Below, one piece after another: positions 40,207 to 54,469 of a stretch of 64,000 nucleotides of DNA. The notes below the pieces were generated by a model that made no database searches, had not been told where the DNA came from, and worked only from the letters and a program-made list of their open reading frames with translations. How positions within the stretch are numbered: position 1 is the stretch's first letter; each line of letters begins with the position of its first letter. Source of the DNA: Chrysomallon squamiferum (lineage: Eukaryota > Animalia > Mollusca); NCBI GenBank assembly GCA_012295275.1, contig CM022671.1, positions 2,976,001 to 3,040,000 of the forward strand. Reading direction: 5' to 3'. The translations under genes were made by a program, and so were the position numbers.

Positions 40207-40353
40207 CTGCAGATCTCTGTTTTTCAGATTTCCCAGCCAGAATGCTTCCAAACAATTGTTAACAGTCAACATGGCCTTAACTCGATATACAAACTGTTCC
40301 AGTGCTCGTCTGAGAGGAAGCACCTTATTGGTCAGTGACACATCTCGGATTAT
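40207..40353 (-). CDS. FANCD2: FANCD2 conserved C-terminal exon (147 nt)
   Basis: [49 protein letters not shown] with AG/GT ends; open frame. Confidence 0.93.
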
Positions 40354-43300
40354 CTGTACACATGATAATATTTATAATAAAGATATGTCAATGGAAAATA
40401 CACAAACATATTATTTATCTACAGAGATATATTATAATGTAATGCTAGAAATAAATTTAAAAAATCTCCTGTTTTATGATGTTGTAATATATTTAGATGC
40501 TTTGATCCTTTTTTTTTTTTTTTTTAAATATGTCAAGTAAACAAAGCATTATAAGGTGTACTGTGACATTTAAAACATAACTAAGTAATCTGAGGCACTG
40601 AGGAGTCTCGACACAACTAAGATTTCTCTGCCCATAGATTTTTATTTACAAATGTGTGATAGAAATGTAACAGTACCTTGGAGTGACTTGACAAATGGTG
40701 AAGTGTGCGTGTACTGAGCTGAAAGTTTTTCAACAAAGACTGAACTTCTTCTCGGTCTGTGCGAAACATCTTGTCAAGCAGTGGCATTCCATTACGCAAA
40801 AACACATCCACAAACTGACGTCCATTCTGTTTAAGAAAAATCTTGTTAATTATAACATGTCATTATCCAGTATTAATTACTTGCACTTTATATAATTTAC
40901 AACCTCATTGTATTTCATTTGATTTTTGTTAAATGAAACACATTTAAAATTCTTTATGTGGGAAAACAAAATACTTCTCCTCACATTCTAAACCTTTTTA
41001 ATAACAATTTTTTATATCATATGGTAATCTAGAAAACTAAACGGAAAAAAGATCTGGTTAAAACCAATTTTGTCAACATTCTACCAACCTTCAAAGCAGC
41101 ACTAACAATCGATCGACTGTCAAATATCTGAAAAAAAAAAAATATTTATATATATATATATAAAAAAAATAAATCTATAAAACAATGTCACACATGATTC
41201 TTAATTAAGGTTAATGACAATTTCTTTGTCGTCATCTAAGAAAAATTAGGTGTTTTTTTTATATGTTTATTAGGAAACAATCACATCATTTTCTAGTGAT
41301 AACATGAGAACAATTTTTTTTTCAAAACATATATAGGCTATTCTTATTAATACAAGGGATCTTTAAATTGACTTTTTCGTAAAAAGATTAAATTGGAAAT
41401 AATCTGTATTGAATCATGGAGAACAGTCTGATAATTTTATTTTATTATATTCTACAATAAATTTATACAAATTAACAAGAACCATGTCAATATGTAATAA
41501 AAATGTTTCGCATATGGTTAACAAAATATTTTCCTTCTTAACATGTCTTTTCATATTTTGATATTATTAAATTTTATTGACAAACTTTTCTCATAAATAA
41601 TGAATTAATCTGTACACCATGACAAAGAGGTTTTAAAAAGAAACACAGCAACAAAACAGACAGTAGTGTGTGTAATTCTGCCTTCATACCTTAATTAAGT
41701 TTACCAAAACATGTAGAATTTTTACAGCTATGCTCCATCTTATCAGCTGATCTACCTTACCTGAAAAATATTGTTTAAAAATGCATGTCAGTAACATTCA
41801 TTGACTAATAATGCAAAAAGTTGAATTAAAAAAATAATGAAAAAAATTAAATATAAAATTAAACATTAAAAATGTTATTAATTATATTAAATTTAACTCA
41901 AATAAGATGTTCATTCCATTAACCAGTTTCAAATACTTGTTTTATTTTTTTTTTATATTCAATTACACTGACACTTCTTTTCTGAAATTTCCCACATTTG
42001 GAATTTTATTTAGCTTCCACAACTTCATGTATAGGATTACTAATCAGCATAAAAATTAAAAACTGTAATTCACAAGTTAAACTTAAAAATAAAATTTTCT
42101 CAACATAAAACAAAATAAAGAAAAAAAATAATAACCTCCCTGGAGTGACTGTTTGTGATGGGAGTCATTGACTTGATGTATCCCACAGTCTCACTGAAAA
42201 CAACTCGATAATACACTGGAAAACTTGATCTGTTACATTCAGAGTAAATCATTATATTTTAATACTTTGTAACGTAACTACATCCAAGTTAAAAGTATCT
42301 GTTATCACAAATAACTGAACACTTTTTCACACTGACTTATTACTACAGATTTTTTATCACCTTAGATATACTTTCCACAAGATATAAAAAAAACCCCAGT
42401 ATATAACAGATTTGTTTTACAAAAGAAGAAAAATGCAAACACAAAAATGTCAATTTACTGAGTAAATAAAAATATAAATAAAATATTGGACTGAAAGATA
42501 AAATAAATAGCTGAATAAGGTTTAAGTTAGCAACAAAAAACAGAATAAAAATAATAACGTAATTTTATCAAAACTGACCTGGTAAGAGAAGGAAAGGAAT
42601 CTGAAAATCCATTTTTGTCTGCCTCAATTAGCTCAGGAATTGCTTTTGTTGTGATCACTTCTGCTGCCTCCAGAGTGTCATCTGAATATGTTAGATACAT
42701 CCTATCAAAAAGAAATTTCAGCATTCAAAAAATCAAAACAAACCAGCCTGTAGACAGTCTGTGTTAATACCTCATAATAAGTATAACAGACATGTAATGG
42801 AATTTCACCTTTATTTAATGTCTCCCCATAAAAATTTTAAAAAATAAAATAAAATAAAATAAAAATGTCAAGTTTAATAATTTTTTTACCATTATTCTAA
42901 ATGACATATATATATGCAACCACACAGGCTATGTAGATGAGAGTGATATGAAAATGAAGATTATGCCAGAAGCAATATGAATGCTCCCATAACTTAATGG
43001 CCAAAAATATAATTTAAAACCCATTTCAACATGCAGGATTTTACATACTGACAACTCAGTCCCAACTATCAAATTTAGAACTGCAAAGAAAAAAACCAAC
43101 TATTGCCTGAAAATATAAATGAATTTAAAATTATACTTGCTTGATAATCATCTTTAAGTTATCATTGTGTTTAGCACCTTTCTCCTTTTCTCCATTTGCA
43201 CCAATCAATCCACTCTCGTTTAAAAAAACTTTCAGCAAGATTTCCTGCAAATTGTCAAATAAAGAAATATAAATGAACTGAAACTGAAATAAAAGTTAAA

Positions 43301-46300
43301 TATTTCTGTCAGTTACTACAGAATATTATCTACATGTTTTTTTATAACAAATCATTTATTTTTAAATCTGATTTTCTAAACGAGCCAAGATTACTGGTGA
43401 GTACTGAAACCTACCCAGTTTGTTAGATAGTTTGTGAACATCCACCTTAGCAGCAAGAGTTCCAAGAAGTTTGATAAGAGTAACAGCCGTGGAGATGTTG
43501 GGAACTGCAGCAGCAATGTTCTCCACATACTTGAATGCCACACTGCAACAAACACACAAAGATGATTTACTTCTTTTTCACTCTTTCTTAAGATGCAGAA
43601 GATTAAAATAGAAACATGTGTACTTAAGTTAACCTTCACTAAACCAACAGGTTTGAATTTACATAACTCCTGTGACTGATGTGTGAATACGCAATTGTAA
43701 TATACTGTTCAAATGTTATTTTAAAGAGTGTTTAATGCATCTATTCTCAATTAAAAGAGTATCTACAGTAACAAATCAATAAACACTTATTAAACATTAA
43801 TCAGTCTTCTTATACATGTTTTAAAACTGTACCAAATTTAACAAAATAACAAATGAAACAAAAATTGTTTTATTAAAATTTATAATATAAAAAGTAAAAG
43901 ATTTTAACAATTTTAACAATAATTTAAGTTTTACCTAACAAGTTCCTGAAATGAAATTTGTGTTGAGTCTAAAGTTTTAATTCTGCAAACAAGAACCTGT
44001 AGAGCTTTCTTCAACAGAGGCTGGTTTTCTGACTCCAAGAATCCATTCCTTCAACAGCACAAAAATCTTAGCATAATATCTCTCACACAAACAAATAACA
44101 CACAATATTCTTTAAGTAATGATATACCTGCCAATCACTAATATTTATTTAATGTCACAATAAACAAAAACAATAATTATTAATTTATGTGTTATTTAAA
44201 ATTTGGAATGTACGATGATTAATGTTAGGGATCACTCCAGATGATGTAATAAAAATTCATAATCTAAAAATGTTTATGTTAACACCCTTTCTGGTTATGA
44301 AACTAAACAGTCTGGAAAGATATAAATGTTTCATTTCGTGTTTATTAATGTAACAATACAACAGTTAATAAACAAAACTTTTTTCTTCATGTGGAAATGT
44401 TTCGGGCTTACCATTAAAACACAGACACCATTGAGTGTAGAAGTAGTTGAAAGCACGAAGTCATCAGAACAGCATCATCATCATCATAACCAGGGCCATC
44501 AATGAGTCTGTCATTTTCACTAATCATAGTCTGTACAAAAACGATTTTTAAACAATTTTAATAACCTCAAATGTTAGACAAAAGTAAAAAGGTTTCCTTA
44601 CCTTTTGTTATAAAAAGAATTTTAAGTTATCACAAAATAATTTCAAATAAAAAAGAATAAAACTGAATAAAACTTTGTTTAAATAAGGATTGTAATTCTT
44701 TATATTTTTCAAATGATGAAAGATTCAACCTATCATAATTTCACTTAATTATAAATAACACAAACATATATAATAAAATAGATACCAAAAAACGAATGTA
44801 ACTGAATAAATTAAACTTGAAAAAAAAAAGAATTTAATAATTAAATTATTATTTAACGATTTATTTTAAAGTGGGTAAAGCTGACCTGAAAAAATGTACT
44901 GACTGCTTCCAAGTGATTGCATAAGGCTGGTAACAGTCTCACAGCTTTTGCAGCTATTTGTTTTGGAGTAAACTGATCAAGTAGATGAAACCCAACATTT
45001 TTATTTCCTTTCACCTGAGGGAAATTACCAAATTACCAACCAAGGAGTCTTATAACAAATGAAATAAATAATTGCAATCTGTGCTTTATCAAGATAAAAG
45101 AACATTACTTTTTACTATTAGAATCAAAATAAAACAAACTGACAGGGTATCCATATTGCATTAAAGAAAAAGAAAAGTAATACTGAATAATTTACATGGT
45201 TTTAGTAAATGAGTAAAATTAATACTTTAAGAAACACTCTTCGTTTGCTGGCTGATGCAATCAGTGAATGGTTGAGTTTGTGTGCGAGATCCTCCAGAAG
45301 AAATTCTAGCTCAGCTGGTCGAAGGTGTAGACTTGTTTCATCCTGTCAATTAAAAACATTCAAATTATTAACATCTCAGCATATTTGGTGGTAAAATAAT
45401 TTATTATATTTCTAACATTTGAGGAATTTTTCAGAAATTTGATGTATATTCAGGTCTGTGCTTTAAGTCATGAAAATGAAACATATGACTTCATTATTGA
45501 CTTTATAATTAAATTAATTCACTGGGTGTCTGGGAATTTCAGACCTCTGTCTAAATACAGAACCTTACGAAATGAATGGTGAGAATTTAACAAATTAACA
45601 TAATGAAATTTAGGACAGGTACTGATTTTTGATAAATGACAATTCAACATTTCAAACTATTATTATTATCATTATTTAAAAAAGATATCTGTACATTTTG
45701 TGTGTAGTGGTTTCTGTAAATGTGTCATGTGAAGACATTTTTTTGTCAAAACTTTGTCCTGGGCATTTTGCTTTAAACTTATTTTTACCTTTGTGTTACT
45801 GTCTGTATCCATAGCTACAGCAGAAATTAGTTCATTGTTCAGTACAATAAACGCACTAATGTCCAACTCTCTGAAACAAACAAAATTAAATTAAAATGTA
45901 CCACTGATGATGTATCCAAAAAGCCTTAATACATTTTGTTTATTTTGTCTTTGCTAAAAAATAAGACAAAATTAACATGTTAATGAAGATATATGGAATT
46001 TGAGGTTTTTCCCCCCCCTTTATTGTGAAATCATTCTGAAATATTAAAATAGCAAAAACAAAATTCTGCGGTAAGTCACTTAGACATTGTAAATAAAACA
46101 ATTAAAAAATACCCCATTAAATTAAATAACTTAAAAATATTAACACAAAAAAACTTTTTTTATACCTGAAATATTGTCGATAATTTCCAAGGTTAATATT
46201 ATTTTCATCTCTGGTATCAGCTTTCACCTGATTCTGTGATTCTCTTGGACTACTTTTATCTGCATCCTGACAACAAAATAACTAACAACAGTAACATAAA

Positions 46301-47996
46301 CATTATTGACATGGTATTTTTAGTTCTCATGATCATTTTAAAAATTGAGAAAAAAAATTATATTTGAGGTTTATCCTAATTACAGTTTTGTGCATCTCCT
46401 CTATCTTACACTGACAGAGAAGGGAGGATACATCATATATTGAAATGGGTATAAAAAGTTTCTGTAATATCCTGGCTCAAAAAACTCATTTAAGAAACAA
46501 TATTCTTACTGAGAACATGAGCTTAGTCTACTTAGCTATGTGATTACAAACCAGTGACGTTGAGTCCCTTGATGTTTCATCCATGTCATCCATATTTTCT
46601 TTGTCGTTCTTTCCTTTAGCTTTCCTATAAATTAAATATGATTTTAAGTTTAAATTACTAACATTAAACATTTATAACCAATTTTGTTTTAAAAATGAAT
46701 ATATAAAGCTTATTATTTCTAAAATGATAAAAACAAATTGTGTAGGAGGATTGTTTCACTAAATCAAGAATTTTTTTCACAGAATATATTGTAAAATTCT
46801 AAGCTAAAATAAGTATGGCATCAAGAAAAGATTTTGATACAATTTATATTTAAGTTTAAAATGCAAAGCAAAATGTGATTCTTCTCATAACTGGCAAAAG
46901 AATAAACCTAGCTGTAAGGTTTCACAGTACTATTTAAAATAAAATTTTATTTGTGAAAAAAAAAATTAATTAGTAAAAAAATGGTGATAAAATTAAAAAA
47001 AAAAAAAAGTACAGAACATGGATCACCTTTTCCCTGGTTTTCTTCCTTTCTTTTTAACCTCTCCTGGGTCACTCTTGATCTTTGTTTCTTCAAGGTCAAA
47101 ATTAGCAAGTGGTGGTTTGAAGTGTGGTGTAGCTACAAAAAAACATTATTCCATTTAAATCATTGAAATATTAATAAAAACAATATCTTATCTAGTGTGA
47201 AATCATGTATCAAAGATTAACATCAACAAAAAAAAGAAAAAAAGAGTTAAATTACATTATATATTGAATATGAGTTTTATCTTAAGCACACATATTAAAT
47301 TTTTAAATTTATTTTTGAAAGCAAATGTAATGACATTTTTAACAATAACATGGTTCAGATAATGTAAACAGAAAAAGACCCAAAACACCAGATGAATATT
47401 TAAAATATTTTAATAACTGAAACTCAAAATCTCTATATTCTTGATAACCAATTAAAACATCCCCAAAACTACCAATGTAAACATTCACCATAATGAATCA
47501 GTCAACTCTCTAAACCCTCAAAATGTTTCATCTTAAAACCTTTCCCTGCATGATATCCCATCTGTTTACAAAATGACTAAATGACATAACTAAATTAAAA
47601 AACACACAAACCAATCAAGCACTTGATGAGAACTGTCTGCAGATCTGTGATATTCTTAAGTCTGGTAATGACCTTCACCTTCATTTCTATTGCTGTTTGG
47701 GTGGCAAAACTGTTAACCACCTTAAATGATAATAAAAATGAAAAATCATTAAAATAATATAGTTATTGTGATCCTTAACTAAAATGTACATCCATTTTTG
47801 TTTTAATTTTTCTGCATGAAAATGAAATGATTTTTTGGGCTAAAGGCACCTTTGTGTTACTTATCTGTCAAAGTTAAAAGAAAGAAAGAGTTTTTAAATG
47901 TTAAAATGAATCACTGATTATGTTATGTGTAGATAATTATTACAATTACAGTTGCTTTTAAACAGTACATTTTAAGAGGTTTCAAGTTAATACTAC

Positions 47997-49830
47997 TGGA
48001 TTATATTCAGATAATGGATTCCATTCATGGGTACAGGTTTACTAGTAGTCAACACTGATTACCTCTCTAAACCAGTTGATGTTGTGAAACAGTGTCTGAC
48101 AAATTATTTCTTTTTCCCTGCTTGAGAGAGATTCAAATTTGTGAAACACATCTTCCTTCACTGTGTACAGAGGACAACCTGAGCAAAAATAGTTAAAAAT
48201 CTTAACCATATTTCTATATCAATATGTGATTTAAAACACAAAACAGCAGTGTCAAATGAATGCAATGCTGAAATAATGATGTTCACTACATTGACAATAA
48301 TCTGTAAATATTTTCATCAAAATGTATAAATGACTTAAACACAGTGGATTACTGAGTCAGACTTTCTTCTTGTACCATTTCAGAATAAATAAATAAAAAA
48401 GAATTATGTATATTGTGGACAACCGACTACTCTAATAATTATGAATGAAGGTAATTTAATGTAGCCAGCAAAAGCACAAAATTAAGAATATATATATAGA
48501 ATACTGAGAATGATCAAGAAGAAAATGTAGAGAAGTTAAAAACAGAATTAAGGTTAACGTGGTGAATATCCATGGAAACCATTTAAAATTTTATATGAAG
48601 AACAGTTATTAAAAGCATAATTGAAAACAAGACAGGTTTATCTACTACAGTGATGATGGATTCTAAGCAGTCAAATGTTACCAAGAAGAGCGTCAATTTC
48701 TTCCAGATTCCCATCCTGCTGATGTCTCTCACACATCTGAACAAGACGAAAATGAGAACAGAGACAGAGAGGGTTGGGCGTCTTTCTGTCAAAATACACA
48801 GATTGTTAAGAGGTAAGTAGAATTTCTGTCATATTATTAACATGCAATGGTGCTAAAACAAATTATTAATAAATGAGATATAGTTTACTTGACATTATAA
48901 TTATTTAAACTGTTTAAATGATTTTATTATTTTATAGATACTGTTTAAATTAAATTATAAAAAATGAAAATCTGTTTTACATTTTCTTATAAATAAAATG
49001 AAATATATAAAACAGGATTATATTCAGATAATGGATTCCATTCATGGGTACAGGTTTACTAATAGTCAACACTGATTACCTCTCTAAACCAGTTGATGTT
49101 GTGAAACAGTGTCTGACAAATTATATCTTTTTCTCCGCTTGAGAGAGATTCAAACTTGTGTACAAAGGACAACCTGAGCAAAATAAATTTTAACCATATT
49201 TCTATATCAATATGTAATTAAAAACACAAAATAGCAAAGTGTCAGATGAATGCAATGCTGAAATAATTTGTAAATATTTTCACCATTCCGTGGAAATGAA
49301 ATTGGCTTAAAAACAATGTCACATATCAAACCTTTTTCTTGTACCATTTCAGTTTAAATATATAAATAAAAGAAAACAGAAAAAAACAAAATTAATATAT
49401 ATATATTTATTCTGAAATGGTACAAGAAAAAGGTTTGATATGTGAGATATGTTTTTATTCTCAATATACATATATATAGAATATTGAGAATAAAAAGAAA
49501 ACCAAGAAGGAAATGTAGAGAAATTAACAACAGAATTAAGGTTAACATGGTGAATATCTATGGAAACCGTATATAATTATGCATGAAGAACAGCTATTAA
49601 AAGCATAATCGAAAATATCACAGGTTTATCTACAGTGATGATGGATTCTAAACTAAGCAATCAAATGTTACCAAGAAGAGAAAATTATTAATAATTGAAA
49701 TTCAGATTACATAACATTATAATTATTTAAACTGTCTAAATTATTTTACTATATTATAGGTACTGTTTAAATCAAATTATTTATATAAAAGTGTTTTACA
49801 TTTAATTATAAACAAAATAAAATATATACA
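47997..49830. repeat. ~1 kb intragenic tandem duplication in FANCD2 (47997-49010 vs 49015-49830)
   Basis: ggattatattcagataatggattccattcatgggtacagg occurs at 47998 and 49015. The second copy holds a deleted version of exon 48063-48178 (49080-49173) and only the tip of exon 48682-48785 (~49671-49680). Confidence 0.9.
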
Positions 49831-51647
49831 ACAGTATTAAATCTAGCAGTAACGAGTATGTTATCAATGTTGTTATTGGGTATAACCTGTCTTTGTTGTG
49901 GTTGATGCTGTTGGTGTGAGACTGTATCACTAAAGGTAAAAGATTGATGGCAATTGTGCTTTCTTGTGCATCATCAAGACCAAACAACAATGCCAATGGA
50001 ATGTCTGTTGTGCTGAAGAAAAAAAACCAGGATCAGTTAATATGTTACAGGTTATTTTACCATGTATTTACTTTGTTAGATGCCAAAAATCAATATCTTT
50101 TTGTGCCAAGAGGTCATTAGATATTGGTATCTTATATAAAAATGCCCACAAATCCTAATAAAAACTAATTTAACAAAAGAAAAGTATAAATCAACACACA
50201 CAAAGAGACAAATAAAGTAAACAAAACCAGAAAGCCTTTTCCCTTCAATAAAAAGCACCTTATTTATCTGAATTATATCTCTTAAAAAAATAAAAAATAA
50301 ATTAATTCTGTATAAAACATGATGCAATATTATTGTTATGCATTATTACTGAAAGATTTAATCATGACAGTTAACCTCTATATTTTAACCCATATAGGAA
50401 TGAAAAATCTTTAATTTTCCGTATCTAAACTAGTTATAGTTGGAATGGGATATAATGAATAAATAAACATTTTTTTAAACTACTAATTAAAACTGACAAT
50501 GTTAAGTTTTTTCATGTACATACATCTACAACATAATTATCTTGAAAATCAGCAATAACATTTTCTGCAATCCATGTCTTGAAGAATAAAGCAAAAAAAT
50601 GACAGAAATAATAATGTAGTGGCAAGAAAAAACCAACAAAAAACTGCCTGATATATTAATACAAAAAATTTTAATAAAAAAATAATAATAATAAACTAAT
50701 ACAATAAAATATCACTGGAAAAAGAAAATTACACTTCAACTTACTATATTTTAATGTTTAATTTTTGTTCTTGATTAAAATTTGTGAAACAAAACATATC
50801 TTATTCTCACATAACAATGAAATGTTTTTAAAGGAAAAGATGTTTCTCAAAAATAAATAACATACTTCAACTTCTGATTTTTTCTGACCAAGACTAACAA
50901 TGGCTGATAACTCATCCATGAAGAGTGCTGCTGCTTCTGGCATCTGGTTACTGCTAGTTCGAACCAGCTGAAGTAAAGTAATGACCTGTTTACTGAGGTC
51001 ACTGGACAGTGTCTGGTCAGTCTGGCCACTACAAAATCAGTACAGTTGAAATGACCATTAAAGCAAATCAGAAAAGACCCATTATTAAACAAATAAAAAA
51101 AACCAAGTATTTTAATTCTTTCAGGTACAAACAAATCTAGAAACTAGTATTTTAAAAACTATATATTGAAACATTGTCCACAACAAACCTATAAACTATA
51201 TATTTTAAGACTATCCACTGCAAACCTTAAAATTATCTATTGTAGTTTGTCTTTTACTAACCTATCCATTACAAAGAAACCTATAAAACGGCATCTAAAA
51301 AGTATTTTGAATGAGTAAATAAACTTTAAAAATAAATAACAAATAGAAAAAATAACTAAAATAATCAGATCATCACAAACAAAATTACAATCATCTACTT
51401 CACAGAAGAAAATAAAAATCTGAGTATGTTACAAAATGCATTCAACCACTGTAGATATGTCAGCTACTCACCCAGTGAAAACTATACTTTTACATATCAT
51501 TACTATACTTTTACATATCAAAGTGTCTGTTGCTGGCAAGTTTTGTTTGGCTGTTCTGTGAATTATATTCTTTTCATGAATATATTTATACAAAATAATC
51601 TATATATATATATATATATATCTTGTTTTCTAACCTTCTGTATATAT

Positions 51648-52280
51648 TACATCCCTTTGAAATGCCGGAAGGGGTAATTTGTAAATATGACAGTTGCCAT
51701 TTCGGACTGCATCTATTTTGTTTAGGGACAAGATGTGAACTGCTGACCCAAAAACTGCAAAACAGTGGCATGACAGCCGGTCTAAATAAACGTGAGACGG
51801 ATATTGCTGCCATCTCTTACAGCATGAAGCGAGACCTCTGTACATGTGTAATGTGTATGTGAAAACTGCACAGATGTTACAACTTCATATGAGTTTCATG
51901 CAAATGATATGAAGCTTTAACATGATCATTCAGCGTAATAGTTGGTTTTTCTACTGATATTTTGATATGCTAGGCACGCTATTGAATTATTGAATGTTGA
52001 AGTACATTCAGTGTAAATTATTTTTAGCAAAAATATCACAATGTCATGCATGAAGACTGTAGTTTTTGTTAAACTTATTTTATAACAAAGAACTTAAGTT
52101 AACATTTGGTTCATTATGACTGCCTATGTATTTACCAATAATTTGTTTTACATTTTTATATTTAGTCTAGTATAACTTGATACTAAATTTGTTAATGCAA
52201 TGTTTTCATCACCCCCTAAAAAAACCTAAATTCCTAGTATTATTATCCTGTTTAACATCCCTGTTTTGTAGGCATTCACT
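51648..52280 (+). mobile_element. Possible piggyBac-derived non-autonomous relic in a FANCD2 intron
   Basis: Start resembles TTAA-CCC (ttacatccctttgaaatgccgg). Cys/His-rich remnants such as RPLYMCNV..LH; ggcattc near 52270. Boundaries are weak. Confidence 0.3.
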
Positions 52281-53196
52281 TATCCTGTGTGCCCTAGATG
52301 GAATGTTTGATCACTGAATGATATTAATATAAGATGTCAACGTGAGGCATGAAAACTGTAATTTTTCACAAAGTTATTACTGTACATACTATAAACGTGG
52401 TTTTTATTACCAGGATATTTTTTTCAAACAAATGTTGTTGGTAAAAATGTTTTTCTCCTAATTCTTCATCCCTGAAATATTTAGTTTATTCCCAATCCAA
52501 CATGTAGATAGTATTGATCTAATATTTAAAAAAAAAAATGTATACTGCTTTCTTTTCTCACACTCATATTAAATCAAAACAAATTCACAAGGAAATCAAG
52601 AAACAGAGAATATAAAAAATGTGTGGCTACATTATTAAACTTAAATTAACTACAATAATTCATGTTATCTTCCTGTGTCAATGATACTTTGCTTTGGTAT
52701 ATATATAAACAAAATTAGTTAAATAACAACATATTGCTATGATGTTAATTTAAAATACCTGTTGGCAGAAAGTGTCGAAAGTCACAAATGTTTTCTTGTA
52801 CATGGCACAGGCAAAATGGAGGATGCATGGTTCTGGAGATCGTAATAAAACTTCAGCAATGGACAAAATGGAAGGAAAATATTCCCAAAGTATCTGAATT
52901 AAATATTAATAAATAAATATGTTTTAATTAATAATTATGTGCTACATTATAATTTCAAATGCTTGACATTTAAATAATCCGAAGAATAATACGTAATCCA
53001 ACATAATTCAGAATTATAATTAGAACTATCAAAAAAATCATAAAATATTCATATTAAAAATATTCACTTATAAAGAAATATTTAAAAACACATGTTATGA
53101 AAGACAAAATTGATATAAATTATAAAACATAATACCATCATAATAGTAATAATTTTAAATCAGAATTCTATGAAAAGTGAACAAAAAAAACTTTAC

Positions 53197-53370
53197 CTGT
53201 CCATGTGACTGAAATGCATCATGTAAGAAGACTTCAGTAAAAGCACCTGCTCGGATCTTGTTTCGGAACACACTCTCTACTGGCTTGCGTCGATTTGTTG
53301 AATGTAGAATCAGCAGGATAAAAATATCTATCACTTTGTGCTCAGCAGACGTTTTCAGAGAATCTATAAC
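53197..53370 (-). CDS. FANCD2: FANCD2 exon (174 nt)
   Basis: VIDSLKTSAEHKVIDIFILLILHSTNRRKPVESVFRNKIRAG..SHGQ, donor CAG|GTAAAG. Confidence 0.9.
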
Positions 53371-53872
53371 CTTCAATGGAAGTTGTTAATTGTATGAATA
53401 AGCATTTTTTCTCATGCCAAAAGTGTTTATAAAAGCATTTATTTTGAAAAAAAGATTGTTAGAAATCATGATATTTTAACTGCACTTAGTGTCTGATCCA
53501 GAAGCAATGAATTCATGCTGGAACAGCCAATAGCTCCAAAGATTTGGAAACAAGCTGTTTGTTAGTTTTAGCAAAATAAATTCTGAAGAAAATTTCATTC
53601 AATTTAAAAATGATAGGTACAATCAAAAATTAAGACAAAAAACCCACAAAATGTTCACAAACTCTAACTATCTTCAGCATAAAGTGTATTTTTAAAACTG
53701 TTAGAAAAGCAATGGCATATTTTAATATAAATCAGACATGTCAAAAGGAAAAAAGGAAATAATTAAGTTCAGTCATATATAAAAAAATAACCCAGTTTTA
53801 AAAAATTAAATAAAGATAAAATTTCAGTTTGCAGTTCTCAGAATACTGAACCTTTTCTATTTTAGATATATA

Positions 53873-54469
53873 CAGGGTGTCCCAAAAGTAACCAAACCGC
53901 AAACTTAAATAAAATTAGATATTAAAAATAACAAATTTAATTCCATCGTTTTATGTCATTTTATGTTATCTTTTGTACTATTCATTTACTTCTGTCAGTA
54001 GTAGTCTTTGGAATGATTTTTGTTACCTGATTATAGTGTTCTTCGTGATCAAGACTTCTGTTTTAGTGCACACTACTGGACTTTCCATGGTTTGACTTGA
54101 AATGGTACCCTCACTCTTAAAAATGCAGCGAAGAACATTAGATTTAAACGAACGTATCTTCGTTATTAAGAATTACTATGCAATTACTAGCTACAAGCAT
54201 GTTGAAGAAAGATGGGAAGTAAATGTTAGAACACCTGTACTGAGTAAATCTACAATGTTCAATCTTGTATCCAAATTTGTGTCAAATACTCCTAAAAAAG
54301 GTCATCCAAAAACACTTCATCCAAAAACAGTTCATCAAAAGGTGTCATGATTGTATTGAAGTTCAAGGTAGACATTTTGAACATTTGTAAATACTAAATA
54401 TAATAATTTGTTGTTTTTATTATCTAATTTTATTTAAGTTTGCAGTTCGGTTACTTTTGGGACACCATG
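53873..54469 (+). mobile_element. Internally deleted Tc1/mariner-superfamily element with ~65 bp TIRs and TA target-site duplication
   Basis: ta|cagggtgtcccaaaagtaaccaaaccgcaaacttaaataaaattagata... and ...tatctaattttatttaagtttgcagttcggttacttttgggacaccatg|ta. An N-terminal HTH remnant (ERIFVIKNYY..SKSTMFNLVSKF) is joined to the C-terminal RCHDCIEVQGRHFEHL*; the catalytic core is missing. Confidence 0.92.
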
